This document shows positions 54,916-64,000 of a stretch of 64,000 bases of DNA, in pieces. Each line of letters starts with the position of its first letter. Position 1 is the stretch's first letter. Below the pieces are notes generated by a model that did no database searches, had not been told where the DNA came from, and worked only from the letters and a program-made list of their open reading frames with translations. Origin of the DNA: Eledone cirrhosa (taxonomy: Eukaryota); the NCBI GenBank assembly GCA_964016885.1, contig CAXHJY010001064.1:1-64000 (forward strand), in the 5' to 3' direction. A program made the translations under genes and the position numbers.

Positions 54916-56955
54916 GCTTCTTCTCCATCTCAGGCTGGATCCTGTTAAGAATCATCCTGTTGAGGGTCTTTGCCACAAGTGACGTCAGTGAGATCCCCGG
55001 TAGTTGTTGGTGTTAGAGAGATCTCCCTTCTTTGACACTGGGACGATGTTACTGATCCTCCACTGATTCGGGGCAACTCCTTTCTCCAGTGCCCCGTTAC
55101 AGAACCCCAGGATGATATCATCAAAATCACACCTCTTCATCACCTCTGATGCCACTCCATCTTCTCCATGAGCCTTGCCCTCCTTGATCCTCTTCTTGGC
55201 TCTCTGAAGCTCCTCTCTGGTGAAGGACTCTGTCTCAACATCCAGTTCCTCAAACAGCTGCCTGATCTCCCCAGTGCTCTGGGCTGTGGAGGGTGGCTCT
55301 CCTAGTAGGGTCCTAAAATGGTCTAGCCATTTCCTCTTCCTATCCTCGGGCCCTGTTCCCTGGATCTGACTCGACACCTTCTCTTCCTCCCTGTGATCTC
55401 GTTGATGATCATCCAGCTCTCCTTACATCCAGATCTGTCAACCGCTCTCTCCACACTTCTGATCTTCTCTATCAGTGCCTCCTCTCTGACCTCAGTGTAA
55501 GCGGTACAGAGCTCTTCCCTCATCACCTCCACAGTCTCCATCCTCTCCTCTGTAGGATCAGCATAGAATTGATCCCTGGCAGCTTTCAGGTGTTCTCTGG
55601 CTGCACACACTTTTGGGTTTGCAGAGCTGACGTGCTTCCCTTTGTTCTTTTTCCTCGGCACCAGGGTTTCACTTGCTTCCGCCACTGCATTGGTGAAGTG
55701 CCCGTACCTCCTCGTCACACTCTCCTTGGTCCATCCAATCTCTCTCTCCTCTGACTCTCCACACAGAGCACTAAACCTGTTTCTCACTTCCACTGTGAAC
55801 CTCTCCTGTAGCCTATCATCTTCCTTGAAAGCTCCCCAGTCATAGATTGTTCTCCGGGGCTGAGCCTTGCTCTTTCTTAAGCTCACGCGGACCTCACTCA
55901 TAACAAGCCGGTGGTCACTACCCAGTGTACTGAAATAGCAGTATGGTTCCGTGTTCAGAACACTATTCCGCCACTTTTTCCTCACCAGAATGAAATCAAT
56001 CTGGGACTTGGACAGGTGCATATCTGAGATGTAGGTCCACATCTTCCCCAGATTCTTCCTAAACCCTAGGTTGGTCGCCATCAAGTTCGCCTCCAGCAGG
56101 GTGTCTCTCAGTAGTCTTCCATTTCGGTTGGTGTTGTTATGGAAGTACCAGCAAGGATCTTCACTGCCCTCCTTACTCAGATGTTCATTGAAGTCCCCCA
56201 AAACAAGCAGGATATTGTGTGCCTGAGTAGTGTTGACAGCTCTACACACCTCCTCATGGAACTCTTCTGCACTCACATCACTGTCCCCCTCGGTTGGACT
56301 ATAGGCTGAGATGACTGTCAGTCTTGGGTTTCCATTGAAGGTCACCCTCAACACTCGCGGGGAGATAGGCATTATTTCCCTCACCAACAGATTGGTTTTT
56401 GTACTGAACACAAACCCACTCCTCCTACTGCAGCATTTGTTGTGTTCTTCACTGCCGATGTAGTGATGAGCTGGCTCTTCCTCCCGATCATCACACTCCT
56501 CACGGGCTCATCGTGTAGAATCCTGTGTTCTTGGATCGCAAGTATCTGTATACCACTCTCCTCGAACAGATGTCCCAAATCCTCTCTCTTCTCCAGCGTC
56601 CGAATAGTCCTCACATTCAAAGTGCCCATTTTGATGGTTCTTCTGCAGGACAAAACTGCATTCTTTATATTTGTCTCAGAGACAGCTGATCCATCATCCA
56701 CTGGCCCTCTCTGTGGCTCTAAGCCAGCAGAGTCATAACGACCAGGCTGCTCCTTGACAGTGTAATTAGGCGCTCTAACCCTAGTGCTGTTAGATCGACT
56801 CTCCATATTTCTTTTCAATGGCTGACAATACCTTACCGGCGCCACTCGAATAAGGTAGTTATGACAACTAAGGGGTAACTCCACATTCCCCACATCTCCT
56901 GAACTCCCGAACTGGAGCCTTGCCACTGGATGTAGTTTAATGTCATACCCAGGAC

Positions 56956-56956
<1 letters not shown>
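54916..56956 (-). mobile_element. Second RTE-clade LINE: 5' UTR, APE and RT N-terminus, 3'-truncated, two frameshifts
   Basis: GTLNVRT, AIQEHR, SAYSPT, GDFN, IDFIL, SDHR and KKGDLSNTNNYRG in ORFs 56381-56926, 55323-56411 and 54985-55377. Confidence 0.92.
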
Positions 56957-56987
<31 letters not shown>

Positions 56988-56989
<2 letters not shown>

Positions 56990-57095
56990 ATTGTTTCTAC
57001 TTTAGGCACAAGGCCAGCAATAACCCAGTACATTACTGGTACTTTATTTTATCGACCCCGTAAGGATGAAAGGCAAAGTCAACCTCGGCGGGATT

Positions 57096-57098
<3 letters not shown>
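56988..57098 (-). mobile_element. 5'-truncated SINE B in a (TA)n tract
   Basis: SINE B core and tail. Confidence 0.85.
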
Positions 57099-57143
<45 letters not shown>

Positions 57144-57225
57144 TATATATATTTATATATATATATATATATATAAATTAATAAAATAATGGATAAACAA
57201 AGAAACAGTTCCTTATATTAAAAAA

Positions 57226-57365
57226 TTCATCATTTTACGATCGTTTCTAGGATATATATGTTTGTGTTGGTATGCATATCCTATAGATCTATGTAAAATT
57301 TTTACAAACTATCAGAGGGAATATACATACCTACACATATATATGCTGTCTTCAGAAATAATGAT
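57226..57365 (-). ncRNA. Type I hammerhead-like ribozyme with extended stem II
   Basis: atcattattt-CTGAAGA-[~100-110-nt hairpin]-GAAAC-gatc-GTA-aaatgatgaa, with palindromic stem III ACGATCGT. Other copies at ~59995-60135 (+) and ~60657-60800 (-). Confidence 0.6.
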
Positions 57366-58371
57366 ATTTGTCTGTTTGGGAACAGGTTTTGAATTGACCA
57401 ATAGAAAGATAGTGAAGGTCAAGATAGTAATATAGTAGTAAAAGAACCTTAATTTATGGGTAGAGGAAGGTAGATTTTAGTTTTGGATGGAAAGAATATT
57501 ATGAATGAAAGATTATTTTCGGGATGAGAATAGGTCATATGCTGACCTCAGAAATAATTATATTTGTTCATTGAATAAAACCAACAAAGATTTAGTATAG
57601 TAGGTTTGTTTGGGAACAGGTTTTGAATTAACCAATAGAAAGGTAATAATTGGCCAAATGGTAAAATAGTAGTAATTGAAATTTATTTTGGGGTAGAAGA
57701 AGGCAGATTTCAGTTTTGAATGGAAGGAGTATGAAGAATGAAAAGTTTATTTTAGGGTGAAAATAGGTCAGGTCAGTAAAACGTAACACTAAAAGTTGCT
57801 GTTATAAAAGAATAATGCCAATGTAAATATCTAAGGAGACTAAAATTTTACGATAAAAGTGTTAGTGAAAAAAATATATATGGAATTTACATCTATGAAA
57901 AGAATATAAATTAATTTAATTGATGGGTATATTTATATTGATAAAATTATATTAATGCATATAGATATGATAAATAAGAGTTAGATGTAATTGAAGAGTG
58001 CTGTTAAAGACGAGGGGAAATTAAATAAATATAAAAAGAATATATATATATATATATATAATTATTGTGGAGGGGGGGGTGTTAAATTTATTAGTGAGAA
58101 ATAATAAATATATAGAGATTTCAAGGAACATAGAATCATAACCCGAAATTAAAATATTATATATATTTACTTAATGGTATCAATTTTAGGAAAAGATAGT
58201 TGTAAGAAGGAAAGTAAAATTATGTAGTTCATCAGTAGTAGAATATTAATTATAGGTTAAGTAAATTAAAAATAGTTTTTATATTAATTTCTAAAATGTA
58301 TATTAATTACGTTTATAATATTTAAAGGTTTTTATCAGTTTATGATTACACGATATTATTAATTCCTGTCG

Positions 58372-58556
58372 TGGTGGATTGGCAGTATCGGTAGAGGGTT
58401 TGACGCCATGCTTTCCAGCATAGTTACGTCCCTTTATGATCTGAGTTCAAATCCCGCCGAGGTTGACTTTGCCTTTCATCCTTACGGGGTCGATAAAATA
58501 AAGTACCAGTAATGCACTGAGTAATTGCTGGCCTTGTGCCTAAAGTAGAAACAATT
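58372..58556 (+). mobile_element. Full-length SINE B inserted in Penelope copy 1
   Basis: 17-bp TSD attattaattcctgtcg. The empty site is present in copy 2 at ~62073-62089. Confidence 0.95.
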
Positions 58557-60318
58557 ATTAATTCCTGTCGCTTATTTAATAGGATATCCTTAGATTTCAT
58601 TATTTCAAAAAGTTCTTGGGAACATAATCTACATTCATATCTATTATTTTGATAAGGGGTGGCCCTTTTGAGCACACTCCAGGTCAGGTCATAATCTATA
58701 TTCCTCTTTCTATAATTATTAATTATTTCAGCTAGAGATGTTGTATTAGCTAATGCGGCATTTTTAAAACTATGTTTGTGGGTATAAAATCTTACCTTAA
58801 ATTGGTTAGAGGTAGCTCCTATATATGAATAAATTGAGTCCTTAGTGTTAACTTTACATTTATATACTATGTTATTAACAAGGCAATTTCCTTTTAATGG
58901 GCAGTTTGCTTTGTTTCTACAGTTACAACTTTTCGTGAATCCTGTATCAGAGGAGATATTATGGTTAGTTTGATGTACTGGTGGTATACTCATGTTTTTT
59001 TACATTTATATGCATTGTAGGCACTTATATTTTGTTTTATGTTTTTGGTTGTTGAGTAGGAGAATTTAACCGTTGATCTATTTAAAATTTGATGGTATTT
59101 GTTGTTTGGCGGGAAGTTCTTCTCTAGGATATTAAACATTTTTTTAGGTATATTATCCTTAATTTGTAAATTAAATGGAGCATTATACCAAGTAACTCGT
59201 CTATTACGGTTTCGATGTTGTTTATTATTTTTATAGGATGTATCCTGATGTTTATTAAGAGAATTATTGTTAATGACTTCACCACACACATTTTTAGTTA
59301 GATTTATTGATTTAGGTGTTTTAGCTTGTTTATTAGGAGTTTTATTATTAACATTTATTAGAGTAGTAGGATGAGTAGTTTTTTGAGAGTTACTATATTG
59401 TATATTAGAAGAGTTAGAGAAATTTGGTTTTATGTTGGTATTTTGGGGTATAGTGTGAGTGGCATTTAGGTGTGTATGTTTCATTTGGTGTTTGTTGGTA
59501 ATATTAGGTTGTATGTTTGTAGTGTTATTGGTACAAGGTATATATACTAATTTATTTTTGTGGCCACTTCTAGCTAAAGCTTCGTTATAGAAGGTCGCAT
59601 TTTTATCAAATATATCCTGGTTAGACGAAAGGTTAGAAATTCTAAGTGAGATATTATATGCAAGGTTTTTAAGGATAGATTTAGGGTGATTAGATTGTGA
59701 GTGTATGTAATGTAAATTTTGGTTAGGTTTATGGTAAGGTTGGTCGTAGATAAGTCTAATGTTATATCAAGGAAATTAACTACTTTAGTTGTGTTTTCAA
59801 ATGTAATATCTAGACTATAATAGTCTTTGAGGAAAGTTCTAATAAGCTTTTTATTTTTTTCTATCTCTGAAAGGCTAAGGTTATTGGAAAGAAGAAGACA
59901 GTCGTCACTATATAAACCACCTTTAAGGTGGGCAAAGGAAGCATTTATGTTAAAAAGAAGAAAGAGGCCTATTGGTTTTTTCAATAAACAAATATCATTA
60001 TTTCTGAAGACAGCATATATATGTGTAGGTATGTATATTCCCTCTGATAGTTTGTAAAAAATTTACATAGATCTATAGGATATGCATACCAACACTAACA
60101 TATATATCCTAGAGACGATCGTAAAATGATGAATTTTTTAATATAAGGAACTGTTTCTTTGTTTATTCATTATTTTATTAATTTATCTTGACTCTGTTTT
60201 CCGTTAATTTTCACCTAAAAATTTTTTTGAATACATCTTCTCTTTTCATGATATTCGGATTACATTGAGTTCTTCATACGGATTGGACACTACCGTACAT
60301 TTTGGTAGATTTATCTAC

Positions 60319-64000
<3,682 letters not shown>

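Larger units (their letters stand above)
57177..60290 (-). mobile_element. Penelope-like element (Naiad-like), copy 1, 5'-truncated with an inverted terminal repeat
   Basis: GGLYSDD, VNFLDITL, CNCx5CPLKGNC, GIY-YIG (IVY..YIG..R...H), CRLC. Frameshifted. ~59985-60185 is an inverted copy of ~57177-57375. Confidence 0.9.

Noticed and set aside
57380-58300. Selenoprotein/SECIS in the Naiad-like element
   Set aside because: No in-frame TGA at the Cys positions seen and no convincing SECIS by eye. The stop in copy 2 is a TAG mutation.
58424-58556. C-terminal extension of the GIY-YIG ORF (VSTLGTRP...)
   Set aside because: It is antisense SINE B sequence. The true C-terminus resumes beyond the TSD and ends at ~58303.

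Overview
AT-rich, microsatellite-dense eukaryotic DNA made almost entirely of transposable elements, with no recognisable host protein-coding exon. The repeat families look like those of an octopus or other coleoid cephalopod (inferred from memory, not from a search). Contents: (1) several copies of an RTE-clade LINE whose reverse transcriptase (RT) carries an internal C4HC3 PHD-type finger, including a near-identical 3551-bp tandem duplication at 48.3-54.9 kb; (2) a second RTE family; (3) CR1, L1/Tx1, CRE, Hero and R4/Dong relics; (4) two Naiad-like Penelope elements at 57.2-64 kb with hammerhead-like motifs in their terminal repeats; (5) at least three SINE families and mariner-, piggyBac- and hAT-type MITEs. 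The most interesting signals are a ~48-nt covarying hairpin/pseudoknot unit that occurs as 1-9-copy arrays in the RTE 3' UTR and its partner SINE, the PHD finger inside the RT, and hammerheads with a ~110-nt stem II. Coordinates were read by eye and element edges are approximate.
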